From positions 3,472,001 through 3,536,000 of the forward strand of contig OX337228.1 in NCBI GenBank assembly GCA_946965045.2: a stretch of DNA of 64,000 bases. The letters run 5' to 3'. A program made the position numbers and the translations under genes. The notes under the pieces were generated by a model, which worked only from the letters and a program-made list of their open reading frames with translations, was not told where the DNA came from and searched no databases. Positions 42,877 to 52,582 of this stretch are shown here, in pieces (positions within the stretch are counted from its first letter, which is position 1; each line of letters begins with the position of its first letter). This DNA comes from Epithemia pelagica. Its lineage: Eukaryota; Protista; Bacillariophyta.

Positions 42877-43468
42877 CTACGAAAGAGATGAATGGTGTCC
42901 CTGTTGTCCTGTAAGATACAAATGGGGGTAAAATGTCGTCCGAATCTGGTTGAGGCCAACACACGAAGCCCTGTAGTTGTACAATAGGACAATGAGAGAC
43001 AGGACAATCTTCCTTTCTCCCATCTCTTCATACTTAAGGCGATCTTTCAGGCGAGGGAAGGAAGCTTGCAAGCCTCTCATCCCCCACTCGGACAGCTGTC
43101 CACCGAAGTGGCCGCCTTGTACATCTCCCTTGTATTTCTCACTCTACCCTGTCGATCCACATTGTTTTGATACGACTTCAACAAGCTCGGCCGATTCTCC
43201 GATCCGAAGGCAGAGTCCACGACAATGCGCCCGCCACCACGTCGTCGTTCACTGTCGTGCACGGCATCTAATTTTTCGTAGATCTTCGAGAGGTGGGCCA
43301 ACGTAGAATCGTGCCAGGATCCAGGCGCGTTGATGTAACACGCCCGGATCCTTCCATCTGGTGAAAAAACAAAAAGGTTTGAAATATAGTGATCGCATTT
43401 CCATCCGTTATAGAAGATGTTTTTTAGATCAGGGTTAGCTTCGATGAGGACTTTGAGTCCGTCCATCG
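42877..43468 (-). pseudogene. Harbinger DDE transposase, 3' part (1-bp frameshift near 43100)
   Basis: MDGLK, FYNGWKCDHY, NAPGSWHDS, VVDSAF, then RQLSEWGM...FPRLK after the frameshift. Confidence 0.88.
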
Positions 43469-44234
43469 TAGTAGAATTCCGTCAGTACACGCTCTAGAAG
43501 AGCCACAATCGATTACCAACTGATACCAAGGTTTTCCACGGGTCAGAGAACAAAGGAAACCCAAGGGTTCTATCGTAGGGATAGTCAGGACACTGAAGAC
43601 GTGATGATATGGTAATGTTAATGATTGTGAGCTTACTACTAGGTTTGGTGTGTGAGATTTCCATTCTTGTTGTGGATCGTGTGAAATAGGTTCTTGGCGG
43701 TGATAGGTCTGGAATGGTTGGAGTTGATGTATGTGAGGTATATAACATGTATATGTGCTTGTATATCATATACAGCCTCAACGATTCTTGGCTAAAGTTG
43801 GTATATGTAGTTTTGTTGGCGCGTCCTTGTTTGCAATCTTGAAATAGTGGGAACGATGATATGGTCTCGCGTGATCGTGATTCGTGCCTTGTGTACTTAG
43901 ACCGTTGGGTCGGATACACGATCGCCACGCTCGGATGATTCTTGCGCGCATCTTGACGAATTTGGGCGCGCACGCTTAGGGCATAGGTGAGGCTCGGATG
44001 TTCAACGGATGATCATCCATTGATGGGATATCAAGACCAAAGTTGATTCTTGATAGCACGTTCGTCAATCTGTTCTCACTTTTTGGTATATGCGACCGAA
44101 ATATAGGTTGAGCTAGCGCAAAGCTAGGTATGTAGTGTGGATGTAGGTGATGTAGGTGATGTTTGAAGCCACGGGACTCGACTAACCGATGAGATGCCGA
44201 ACCTAACCGATGATTTTCGGTGAGAGTTCTACTT
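43469..44234 (-). repeat. E2 3' LTR
   Basis: Copy of 50925-51690 (offset 7456); differences seen at 43674/51130, 44019/51475 and the terminal base 44234/51690. Confidence 0.95.
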
Positions 44235-47200
44235 CTCCCCACAGCTCGTTGGTTCAGCCTTGTCATCGCTGGATTCGTAGAGATCTTGAACTTCTCCTCT
44301 CCAAAACAATAGGGGCTTGAGTAGAGGCCAAATAGTTGCAAATTCCCAATGCTTGCTGAGGATGTTGGCAGGGTTGGTCTTCCCATCCTTCCAATAGAAT
44401 GCAACGTATTGCACTGCTATCGCTTCTCGTACCCGGTGATATGAAAGGAGATGATGTCTCTTGGACAAGATAGAATGAGGCATTGTTGCGTTAACAACCA
44501 CAGATTGATTGTCTCCAAACAGATAACTGCGATCCCTGATTGGTACTCCAAGGTAACGAAGTGTATGCCGTAATTCAGTGATTTGGTCGACTGCTGTCCT
44601 TGCTGCCACAAATTCTGATCCATATGTTGCCGTTTCCACAGTGCTCTGTCGTTTGCTGTACCAATCAATTGGTGTCCCATTCAAGAGATGCAGGATGGCT
44701 GTTACAGACTTTCCTGTGATCATGTCGTGCATAAGGTTAGCATCAACATAGTGCGTTGTTGTCACATATCGTCCAAGTGGTTCTGGGCAATCATGAGGGA
44801 TGTATTCCTTGGCATCTGAATAGACCGTACGACTCCAATCAAAGTCTTGACTTGGAATGCTTGAGAAATCGGGCTCTCCGATTCGGAATCTGATTGCACC
44901 ATCAGAAAGATTGAAAAGGTATCCATAGATGCGTTTAGCTCTGTTGAGATGTCCCTGTCTTGGAGCTGCGTGGAACCTGGAAAGGGTCATCGTAGCAGTA
45001 AAAACATCAAAGCGACCAATTGTAATCACCCACTGAAGCTGTCCAATCAAGGTCTGGAAGTGCTGTGTACCTTCTTCATCAAGGAGTTCGGTGTCGTCCA
45101 ATTCCGGGTGATCACCAGCAATGAGAGGGGTTTTAGCCTTCTTGGGTTTCTCTTTGAAGATACGTTCGAAGGTGTCCATCATTTTGCTAATGTATCGGCG
45201 TGGATCAGAGACTAGGGTTCCGTCAGGGTCCTTGGTGTACCGGCATCCCAGGTGATAGTCAATAGGTCCATCTCCCTTAAGCTTGAAGTTGTACTTTTCC
45301 TTGAAGACTTTGCAAATGTTTCCAGGGTCAGTAGCTATGATGGCTAAGTCATCCACATATACGGCGATGTATTCGTAGCAATCCTCCCCAGGTGCTTTTC
45401 TCATCCAAATGTCAGGATCTGCCTTGCTTGGTGAGAAACCCATATCGGTGAGGACGTCAAAAAGGACATCATGCCATCGTGCGCCTGAAGATTTGAGACC
45501 ATAGAGGGCCTTGTAGATGATGAGGATGTGACCTTCTAGCTCCCTGAACTCGGGTCCTGCCACAATATATAACTTCTCCCCAGTCAATGCTTCAAGATAC
45601 GCATTCCCAATGTCTGCTCCCCATACTTCTAGATCGTTCAGAGATCCAAGGAATAAAGCAATTCGTAGGTTGCGAATAGAAACAACTCCAGAGTAGATCG
45701 TTTCCACAGGTTCCTTCGTCAAGTGTCCATCTGCAACAAGTCGTGCCTTGTGCCTACCATCATGTTTCACATCAAAAACGAGATGCACTCGAATCTTTTG
45801 ATATCCCTCAGGTGCATTTGATACTTTGCCATTTGTGAAGATGGCCTTCCCATGGTCTTTGAATGTCTCATATGATTGTATCTGAGACAGTTCCAATTCA
45901 GTTGCGTCTTGCCACCTTGTGTTACCATTTTGTTTGTCAAGATTGACAGCCTCGGCGTAATCTCGAGGGACTTGGAATCCAAACTTATACTTGACTGATC
46001 GACGTACTTGTTTGATCCTTGATTGTTTTGCAGCACGTATCAGGCGTTTACTCGTCTTGACGTAGCGTTTCAGGTGTTTCCATCCTGGTTCGTTGAGGAG
46101 CCCATGCTTCTTTCCATATATGGCAACGGTGATTGGGTCGTCGTTGGCAATAAGGGAGAGTGGTTCATAGGTTGCCTCCCCAGTTTCCCAATCCACAAGC
46201 AAGTTATACTTACTCCCCTTATAATCCGGGTCGGTTGAAGACAGTGGGCCTTGATGTGCAATAACATCCCTGAAACGGAACAAATTATCTCCCGAGGTCT
46301 GCGCTTGATTGTCCCTCTCAATATACTCCATTAACTGGTTATAAGAGATCATTTCATCAACGTCAGAATTTGTCTTGCGGTAGATGTACTTGATGCGTTC
46401 TTCTTGCTTGAGTGATTCTTCATTAAGATCTACAACTCGTTTGACAACGCGTGCTCGATGACGCTCCCCATTTTCTTCAGTGTCGCATAGGAAAGTGCGT
46501 CCTATCATGTCTTCGTAATCGATTGTAGGCATTGGTTTGGATGGATCTTCACTTTTACTGCGAATGAAGACAGTGTCAGCCTGCTTATCAGTGTCATCTT
46601 TCGGAGACGTCTCCCCTGAAGGTCGATCCACACGAAGGTTGGGTGTAGTGGAAGCGACACGGCGAACAGCGGAACGGTAGAGGATATGGTTGTCAGCAGA
46701 CAAAATCTTCCATGTAAAAGCATCACCAACGTTGTGAGCAAAACCAACCCTATGGCCAAGTTTCTCATCGGTCGAAGAAGGGTAGGGACCAGACGACGGT
46801 TCGGAGGGGTCAACACGATAGTAGACTTCATCCCAGAAGGGAAAGAACAGGAGGTGCGAAATGTCGGGAGGGTGACCGGTGAGAGCCTCAATAGGAGTAC
46901 GTCCAGAGTGTGCATGTGAAGAAGAATGATTCAATAAGTCACAGACATATTCAAGGCAAAGTAACCAAACATTGGCCGGGCATCCAGTTGCATTCATGAT
47001 AGCGTTCGTCATTCGTTTAACGGTCTGATAACGATTCTCGGCTTTGTTCTGATGCTGGTGGTATGGTTCAGAGCGATACTCCCCGATGAGCAAGGTGCGA
47101 AGGATATCCTTAACCTTATGGGAAATGAGAGATGAACCCCCATCACTAATGAGTGTCTCCATAACACCTCGCATGCGTATATTGTCTTGAAGAGTGTTCA

Positions 47201-49892
47201 CAAATTGCTTGGTAGACTTGATACCGTAAATATCAGTGACAAGAGTATCGCGGCCAACAAAAATTTGAGCCACCTTTCCACCATGATCAACAGCAGGTGT
47301 ATCAGAAAAGATCGAATCGGTAGCAACGGGTTCATGACGACGTGGTAGATTCAGGATAGGGTTGCGTGCCTTCAAATGTTTCTTGAGAGTGTCACAGTCA
47401 AAAATCACATTAGCATGTCGTGTAGTATGCTTGAAAGTATCGGCAATAACTTCCTCGGATTGCCAACCAAAGAAGGGACGAAATTGTTTCCAATCATGTT
47501 CTTCCACATAACGACGATGGACAGATGCATGTTGAAGGGTTGGATCTTCACCATTAGCATCAGCATAGATAGAGAAATATGTGGTGTTGTCGGGTCCGTG
47601 GTCATAAGGAAGGTCAAGGAGAAGATTGAGATTGCAGACAACACGATCAGTGAACTCCCCATACTTGTCATATGGATAACGTGCCATACTGCCGTCGGTC
47701 GCAACCTGATGCCATGTAGTAGAATCATCATGCTGTGGATCTGAATGAGTATGGTCAAGAACAGAGGGGTCCCAAGTAGATGGCGAAGTAAAGATGATTT
47801 GCGGCAATCGGTTCATGTCATCATCAGAAGGGATACCTAATGAGTGGATAAAGGCAAGTCCATCCTTGATACACGGAGGTAAAGCACGTCCATCAAGGGT
47901 AGTGATACGTTGCTTTCCATCCACCTTGACAGAACGTTCATCCACAGATAGCCCATAATGTTCCAATTGACAAGGCGCATGTATAGACTGTCCTTTTCCA
48001 TAGTATGCATATTCGTTGAAGATACCAACGATTGGTCCATCATTAGTTTCAAACTTGGCAGCACAAGTGACAATGGGGAGACCAGTAAGTTCATGGTTGT
48101 CGATTCCCACAATCGTGATGTTACGACCTGTTTTGGAAAGGATACGCATTCCGGCTAAACCACCATTGGCACCACGATCAATGAGTTGATTCCCAGTATA
48201 AGTCGACTTTCGAGAGAACATATATTGAGTCATGTGGACCTTCTGCTTGTGCTCATTCTGTTTGAAACTAACTTTCTTACTTGTCTTAGATGCGGCATTG
48301 GATAGAACATTAGACAAATCAGAAGCTGGGTGATTGAGGTCGGTTGACGTCATTGCTTGATGGATGAGATGGGTGGCTGGATCGGAATCATCCTGCGGAT
48401 ATGTGGGGTTGTCCAGGTCATCGAAAACATCTTGACCAGGGTCAGGATCAGGTTCAGGATCAATGTCAAGGGAGTGTTGCTGTACTTTTCTTGGACTCGG
48501 AGTAGAAGCTTGCACGTTCTTGTTATACTCAACAATCATCTTGCGAGCATCCTCAGGAAGTTTAAACCATAGGTCACGAGGAAGACTGGCTTTTGGAGAT
48601 GCCGTGTTATCATCTTGGACATTGGTATTGTTTATCTGATATGCATCGTCTTCCTGAAGGGATCCCTCAATATCATGTTGTGTTTCGTGTTGCTCGTGTT
48701 GCTTGACACTACGACGACGACCAGTTGCAGAAGATTGCGTGACTTGATCATGGTCATATGCTGCGTCCATCAAAATGGAGAAGTACGACCGATAACATAA
48801 AGACTTTGCTCCAGACTTCGTGTTGACGACGTTGTCCAAGATTTTAACTCTGCGAAGGTCAGGTACCTTCTCGACAGCTTGCATAAGAAACGTCATCCTG
48901 GTGTGATCAGGTATGCGATCAGAGAGATCAACAAGGTTATCGAGTAAACGTAGTTTGTCTTGGAAATGAAGCAAAAATTGACGTGATGATCCACGCCATG
49001 TATCATCGAGGCAAAGGTTGGAGATGTAATTGGTTAATCGTAAGACCTCTCGTTTCGCTAAGTCTGACTTCGTATGCAATGTGTGAAGCTTCTGTAACAC
49101 TGCTCGTGCGTCTTCATCATGTTCATGTTCGCGAACATAAGCTCTTCCTTGATCAGTCTGGATGATGCGCACAAGGACGGAGTATAGGAAGATTTGTTGC
49201 TCTTGGAAAAGTTCTGTTGCATACGTATCATTCGTCGGTGGCTTGTATCGGAAGTCAAGAACATTAGATAAACCTTGGGCTTTTGCTGTGGTCTTGAAAG
49301 TCCTCCAGAACGTGTCGTAGTATCGTTCATCCTTGAATGTTTCATATGCCATAGCGTCACGTTTGGTTCCCTTCTTGAATGCGGTTAGGTCCAGTTGGGA
49401 CTGTGATGCAGCAGAAGTAGTACTAAACGATTTGGGTGACGTCGAATGGGAAGGAGATTTCATAGGTGATACTGGGTCATCGATAGGGCTTCCGGAGCGA
49501 AAGTCAGTGTTTATCCTCCATAGATCAAATTCTGCCTTGGTCAGATTCATCCAGGTTGCCTTGGAAGGTATACCCTGAATGTCGATACTCGTTTGTCGGA
49601 ACCAATGGGCAAGCAACTTGATCTGCTGGCTTGTATTGACATGTAGGTCGTGCATTTGTTTTCCTGACTTGTATTTTGTCATACTATCCATGTTCTTCTC
49701 AGGGTCAATTGCCATATGTTCAATGATACTAAGGATATCATCAAAAGCATGATGGTGCATCCATTTCACGAGTACATCGACCCTTTCCTTGGAAAAGTTG
49801 AACAACACCTGAGTAATATGATCAAAGACTTCTTGATCAGATATACTTTGATTGGTGTTGAACTCTGGTGTGGTCGGTGTAGTTGGTTCCAT
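44229..49892 (-). CDS. gag-pol: E2 gag-pol polyprotein, 1887 aa, open but probably impaired
   Basis: Collinear with E1. 2-aa deletion after DRGANGGLAG; RNase H NPADIL changed to NPANIL; several R/G-to-C and W-to-R changes. Confidence 0.93.
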   Translation of the reverse strand: MEPTTPTTPEFNTNQSISDQEVFDHITQVLFNFSKERVDVLVKWMHHHAFDDILSIIEHMAIDPEKNMDSMTKYKSGKQMHDLHVNTSQQIKLLAHWFRQTSIDIQGIPSKATWMNLTKAEFDLWRINTDFRSGSPIDDPVSPMKSPSHSTSPKSFSTTSAASQSQLDLTAFKKGTKRDAMAYETFKDERYYDTFWRTFKTTAKAQGLSNVLDFRYKPPTNDTYATELFQEQQIFLYSVLVRIIQTDQGRAYVREHEHDEDARAVLQKLHTLHTKSDLAKREVLRLTNYISNLCLDDTWRGSSRQFLLHFQDKLRLLDNLVDLSDRIPDHTRMTFLMQAVEKVPDLRRVKILDNVVNTKSGAKSLCYRSYFSILMDAAYDHDQVTQSSATGRRRSVKQHEQHETQHDIEGSLQEDDAYQINNTNVQDDNTASPKASLPRDLWFKLPEDARKMIVEYNKNVQASTPSPRKVQQHSLDIDPEPDPDPGQDVFDDLDNPTYPQDDSDPATHLIHQAMTSTDLNHPASDLSNVLSNAASKTSKKVSFKQNEHKQKVHMTQYMFSRKSTYTGNQLIDRGANGGLAGMRILSKTGRNITIVGIDNHELTGLPIVTCAAKFETNDGPIVGIFNEYAYYGKGQSIHAPCQLEHYGLSVDERSVKVDGKQRITTLDGRALPPCIKDGLAFIHSLGIPSDDDMNRLPQIIFTSPSTWDPSVLDHTHSDPQHDDSTTWHQVATDGSMARYPYDKYGEFTDRVVCNLNLLLDLPYDHGPDNTTYFSIYADANGEDPTLQHASVHRRYVEEHDWKQFRPFFGWQSEEVIADTFKHTTRHANVIFDCDTLKKHLKARNPILNLPRRHEPVATDSIFSDTPAVDHGGKVAQIFVGRDTLVTDIYGIKSTKQFVNTLQDNIRMRGVMETLISDGGSSLISHKVKDILRTLLIGEYRSEPYHQHQNKAENRYQTVKRMTNAIMNATGCPANVWLLCLEYVCDLLNHSSSHAHSGRTPIEALTGHPPDISHLLFFPFWDEVYYRVDPSEPSSGPYPSSTDEKLGHRVGFAHNVGDAFTWKILSADNHILYRSAVRRVASTTPNLRVDRPSGETSPKDDTDKQADTVFIRSKSEDPSKPMPTIDYEDMIGRTFLCDTEENGERHRARVVKRVVDLNEESLKQEERIKYIYRKTNSDVDEMISYNQLMEYIERDNQAQTSGDNLFRFRDVIAHQGPLSSTDPDYKGSKYNLLVDWETGEATYEPLSLIANDDPITVAIYGKKHGLLNEPGWKHLKRYVKTSKRLIRAAKQSRIKQVRRSVKYKFGFQVPRDYAEAVNLDKQNGNTRWQDATELELSQIQSYETFKDHGKAIFTNGKVSNAPEGYQKIRVHLVFDVKHDGRHKARLVADGHLTKEPVETIYSGVVSIRNLRIALFLGSLNDLEVWGADIGNAYLEALTGEKLYIVAGPEFRELEGHILIIYKALYGLKSSGARWHDVLFDVLTDMGFSPSKADPDIWMRKAPGEDCYEYIAVYVDDLAIIATDPGNICKVFKEKYNFKLKGDGPIDYHLGCRYTKDPDGTLVSDPRRYISKMMDTFERIFKEKPKKAKTPLIAGDHPELDDTELLDEEGTQHFQTLIGQLQWVITIGRFDVFTATMTLSRFHAAPRQGHLNRAKRIYGYLFNLSDGAIRFRIGEPDFSSIPSQDFDWSRTVYSDAKEYIPHDCPEPLGRYVTTTHYVDANLMHDMITGKSVTAILHLLNGTPIDWYSKRQSTVETATYGSEFVAARTAVDQITELRHTLRYLGVPIRDRSYLFGDNQSVVVNATMPHSILSKRHHLLSYHRVREAIAVQYVAFYWKDGKTNPANILSKHWEFATIWPLLKPLLFWRGEVQDLYESSDDKAEPTSCGEK

Positions 49893-50105
49893 GATTGCTT
49901 GACTTGGTGATAAGATATGTTGATATGTGTCCTGTGATGTCTTAGTCGAAAACTTTAGTTAAAACTTGTAACCCGGATGAATGTTGTGCCTTGGGAACCC
50001 GGATGTGCCACGTATGTCCACGTGTGATGTGATGTCCGAAAGGTAACCCGGATGTGCGGAACTCGGTTTTGTCTCTGGTTTGGTGTGAAAACTACTTAAA
50101 ATTAC

Positions 50106-50885
50106 TTAAACGTGGTCACTTCTGGGCTCGTTGTGGTAATCAAGTTGAATCGGAGACTCAGTAACAGAGGTAGCTTCTTCGTTGCCGTTGTGGTCCTCAA
50201 CTAGGTGGTTCACTGGTTGGGTGAGTAGAGGGAAGATAGTGGCACGGAAGTCCTGGTGCAACTTGATAACGTGGATGAAACCAACGTAGTCGTCGAGACG
50301 GGTAGTCAAGGTAGGAAGAGGTTGGTTAGTCTTGTTCACGACCCAAATGGTATGGAAGTAATTGACCGGACGCTGGAAAGTAAGGAAGCGTACCCGAAGG
50401 CAGCCTGATGGGGTGGTCGATAGGGTCGTCGCTATGTATCGGTAGCTTGGAGATTGGTATAGCAAGTCTAGGAGTCGTTGGATATCCTCTAGGTCGACGA
50501 CGGGTTGGACGGACTCGAACGAGACCTCGTGTTCGAGCGTCGAACGGATGTGGTCCGGGTCGCTCTGATACTCGGATGGCTCGCGGAAGTAACGGAGGTG
50601 CGCGTTGATGAGACGGCTCGTACGTCGGGTGCGAGTTGGGTTCGGGCGAGGAGGTGTACTCGGTCGGGGTGCAAGGGTGTTCGGCGGGCGATTCGGGTCG
50701 GACGGCGGAGGGACGACTTGATCGGGAGTCTGGAACGGATTAGGCGCGCTAGCCTTCTCCGGGGAGTTAGAGGGCGTCTCGATGAGGAATTCGCCAGGGT
50801 GGACGGCAATCTGCTGTGTTGGGTCACCACTCTGCTGGAAAGCGTTGTAGATCCGACGGATAGGAGTATTGGAGTCACTGGACAT
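50106..50885 (-). CDS. E2 accessory ORF1, 259 aa, unknown function
   Basis: Homologue of 1274-2053 at the same position between PBS and gag. Confidence 0.85.
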   Translation of the reverse strand: MSSDSNTPIRRIYNAFQQSGDPTQQIAVHPGEFLIETPSNSPEKASAPNPFQTPDQVVPPPSDPNRPPNTLAPRPSTPPRPNPTRTRRTSRLINAHLRYFREPSEYQSDPDHIRSTLEHEVSFESVQPVVDLEDIQRLLDLLYQSPSYRYIATTLSTTPSGCLRVRFLTFQRPVNYFHTIWVVNKTNQPLPTLTTRLDDYVGFIHVIKLHQDFRATIFPLLTQPVNHLVEDHNGNEEATSVTESPIQLDYHNEPRSDHV

Positions 50886-50910
50886 GAAAACTTCGGGGAA
50901 ATGAGACAGG

Positions 50911-50924
50911 TGAGACTGTTAATC
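50911..50924 (-). promoter_or_regulatory. E2 primer binding site (tRNA-Asn anticodon-arm complement)
   Basis: GATTAACAGTCTCA on the minus strand abuts the 5' LTR; identical to E1. Confidence 0.75.
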
Positions 50925-51690
50925 TAGTAGAATTCCGTCAGTACACGCTCTAGAAGAGCCACAATCGATTACCAACTGATACCAAGGTTTTCCACGGGTC
51001 AGAGAACAAAGGAAACCCAAGGGTTCTATCGTAGGGATAGTCAGGACACTGAAGACGTGATGATATGGTAATGTTAATGATTGTGAGCTTACTACTAGGT
51101 TTGGTGTGTGAGATTTCCATTCTTGTTGTCGATCGTGTGAAATAGGTTCTTGGCGGTGATAGGTCTGGAATGGTTGGAGTTGATGTATGTGAGGTATATA
51201 ACATGTATATGTGCTTGTATATCATATACAGCCTCAACGATTCTTGGCTAAAGTTGGTATATGTAGTTTTGTTGGCGCGTCCTTGTTTGCAATCTTGAAA
51301 TAGTGGGAACGATGATATGGTCTCGCGTGATCGTGATTCGTGCCTTGTGTACTTAGACCGTTGGGTCGGATACACGATCGCCACGCTCGGATGATTCTTG
51401 CGCGCATCTTGACGAATTTGGGCGCGCACGCTTAGGGCATAGGTGAGGCTCGGATGTTCAACGGATGATCATCCGTTGATGGGATATCAAGACCAAAGTT
51501 GATTCTTGATAGCACGTTCGTCAATCTGTTCTCACTTTTTGGTATATGCGACCGAAATATAGGTTGAGCTAGCGCAAAGCTAGGTATGTAGTGTGGATGT
51601 AGGTGATGTAGGTGATGTTTGAAGCCACGGGACTCGACTAACCGATGAGATGCCGAACCTAACCGATGATTTTCGGTGAGAGTTCTACTA
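50925..51690 (-). repeat. E2 5' LTR (766 bp), TAGTAGAA...TTCTACTA
   Basis: 8-bp terminal inverted repeat; direct repeat of 43469-44234. Confidence 0.95.
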
Positions 51691-52290
51691 CATCGCTCCC
51701 CACACATTCTTGAGCACAGGGTATTTCTCCCTGATAACCGCCTTGAAGCTCGCTATTTCGCTTCGCGTTGGCAATCTCACCTCGGCGTCCGGATGGTTCT
51801 GGAGGACTTTGACCAGAAGACGACGCCCAAAGCGCAACCAAACAGAAACTGGGTTCGCAGTCATCCCAAAGATGACCTGCAAGGGGATCGTTGAACCACG
51901 AGTACGCGTCCAGGCGAGCAGTAATCCTAGACATATCGTTGCGTCTATTTGCCGTTTCCGTCCTGTTCTCCCAGTTTGTCGAACGCGTCTCATGTGAAAC
52001 TTTTTGTTCGCTTTCTGTGGATAGGGACTCCAACTGTTAAACAGTGGCGTGAACAGCTTTAGCAGACTCTCAAATGACTCATGATCAAAGCCACACAAAG
52101 CTATCAACGAGGGGTCATCGCCACTATTGTAAAGTCTCATGAGCGAAGAGTATTTTGGATGTTGGAGAGCAGCGCGACGAATCCCTCCCGAACGATTACG
52201 AACACGCTGTGCTTCCTCAAGACGAAGCTTCTTCTTCTTCTCCTCCTCCTCCAGGAGAAGAAGGATCAATGCATCGTCGTCTTCATCCAT
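51691..52290 (-). pseudogene. Harbinger DDE transposase, 5' part
   Basis: From MDEDDD... (ATG at 52290; the frame is open back to 52404) through LCGFDHESF, LGLLLAWTRTRG and EKYPVLKNVWGAM; interrupted by E2. Confidence 0.85.
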
Positions 52291-52582
52291 GGTATTACAA
52301 CAACAAATATTACTACAGGTTAGTCCAAAAGAGGATGACGATGAGGCCGAAAGGCGTGTCGAGGTGGAGGGAGTCTCGCGGGGGAAAATGGCGCGACATG
52401 CCAATGCATATATATGGTTGTGTATATCCTATAACGTGCGTTGGGTTGTCCAAAGAATGACACTGGTTAGGTTTTATGACTTACAGTAGCAGTCATCGTC
52501 TTAAACTAAAAATGTGTTTTCCGAACGTAAATGTAGGATTTATGCTTTTTTGAGTTTATGACTTACAGTAGAGACCCACTAT

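Larger units (their letters stand above)
43469..51690 (-). mobile_element. Ty1/copia LTR retrotransposon E2, relative of E1, with TA...TA termini
   Basis: 766-bp LTRs at 43469-44234 and 50925-51690. TSD CATCG at 43464-43468 and 51691-51695; removing the element restores transposase GAM-DGLK. PPT TGTGGGGAG. Confidence 0.96.
39612..52569. mobile_element. PIF/Harbinger-type DNA transposon (about 4.3 kb native) with nested MITE and copia E2
   Basis: Convergent Myb-like and DDE transposase genes. Inverted CTGTAAGTCATAA ends (39612-39624; 52557-52569), each flanked by TA; second right-end copy at 52474-52486. Subterminal AAATCCTA, CGTTC and CATATATATG are mirrored at both ends. Confidence 0.7.

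Noticed and set aside
43494-43973. 159-aa ORF in both E2 LTRs (also 50950-51429)
   Set aside because: Non-ATG start; the E1 LTR shares nucleotide blocks but not an equivalent open frame, so this is more likely regulatory DNA.
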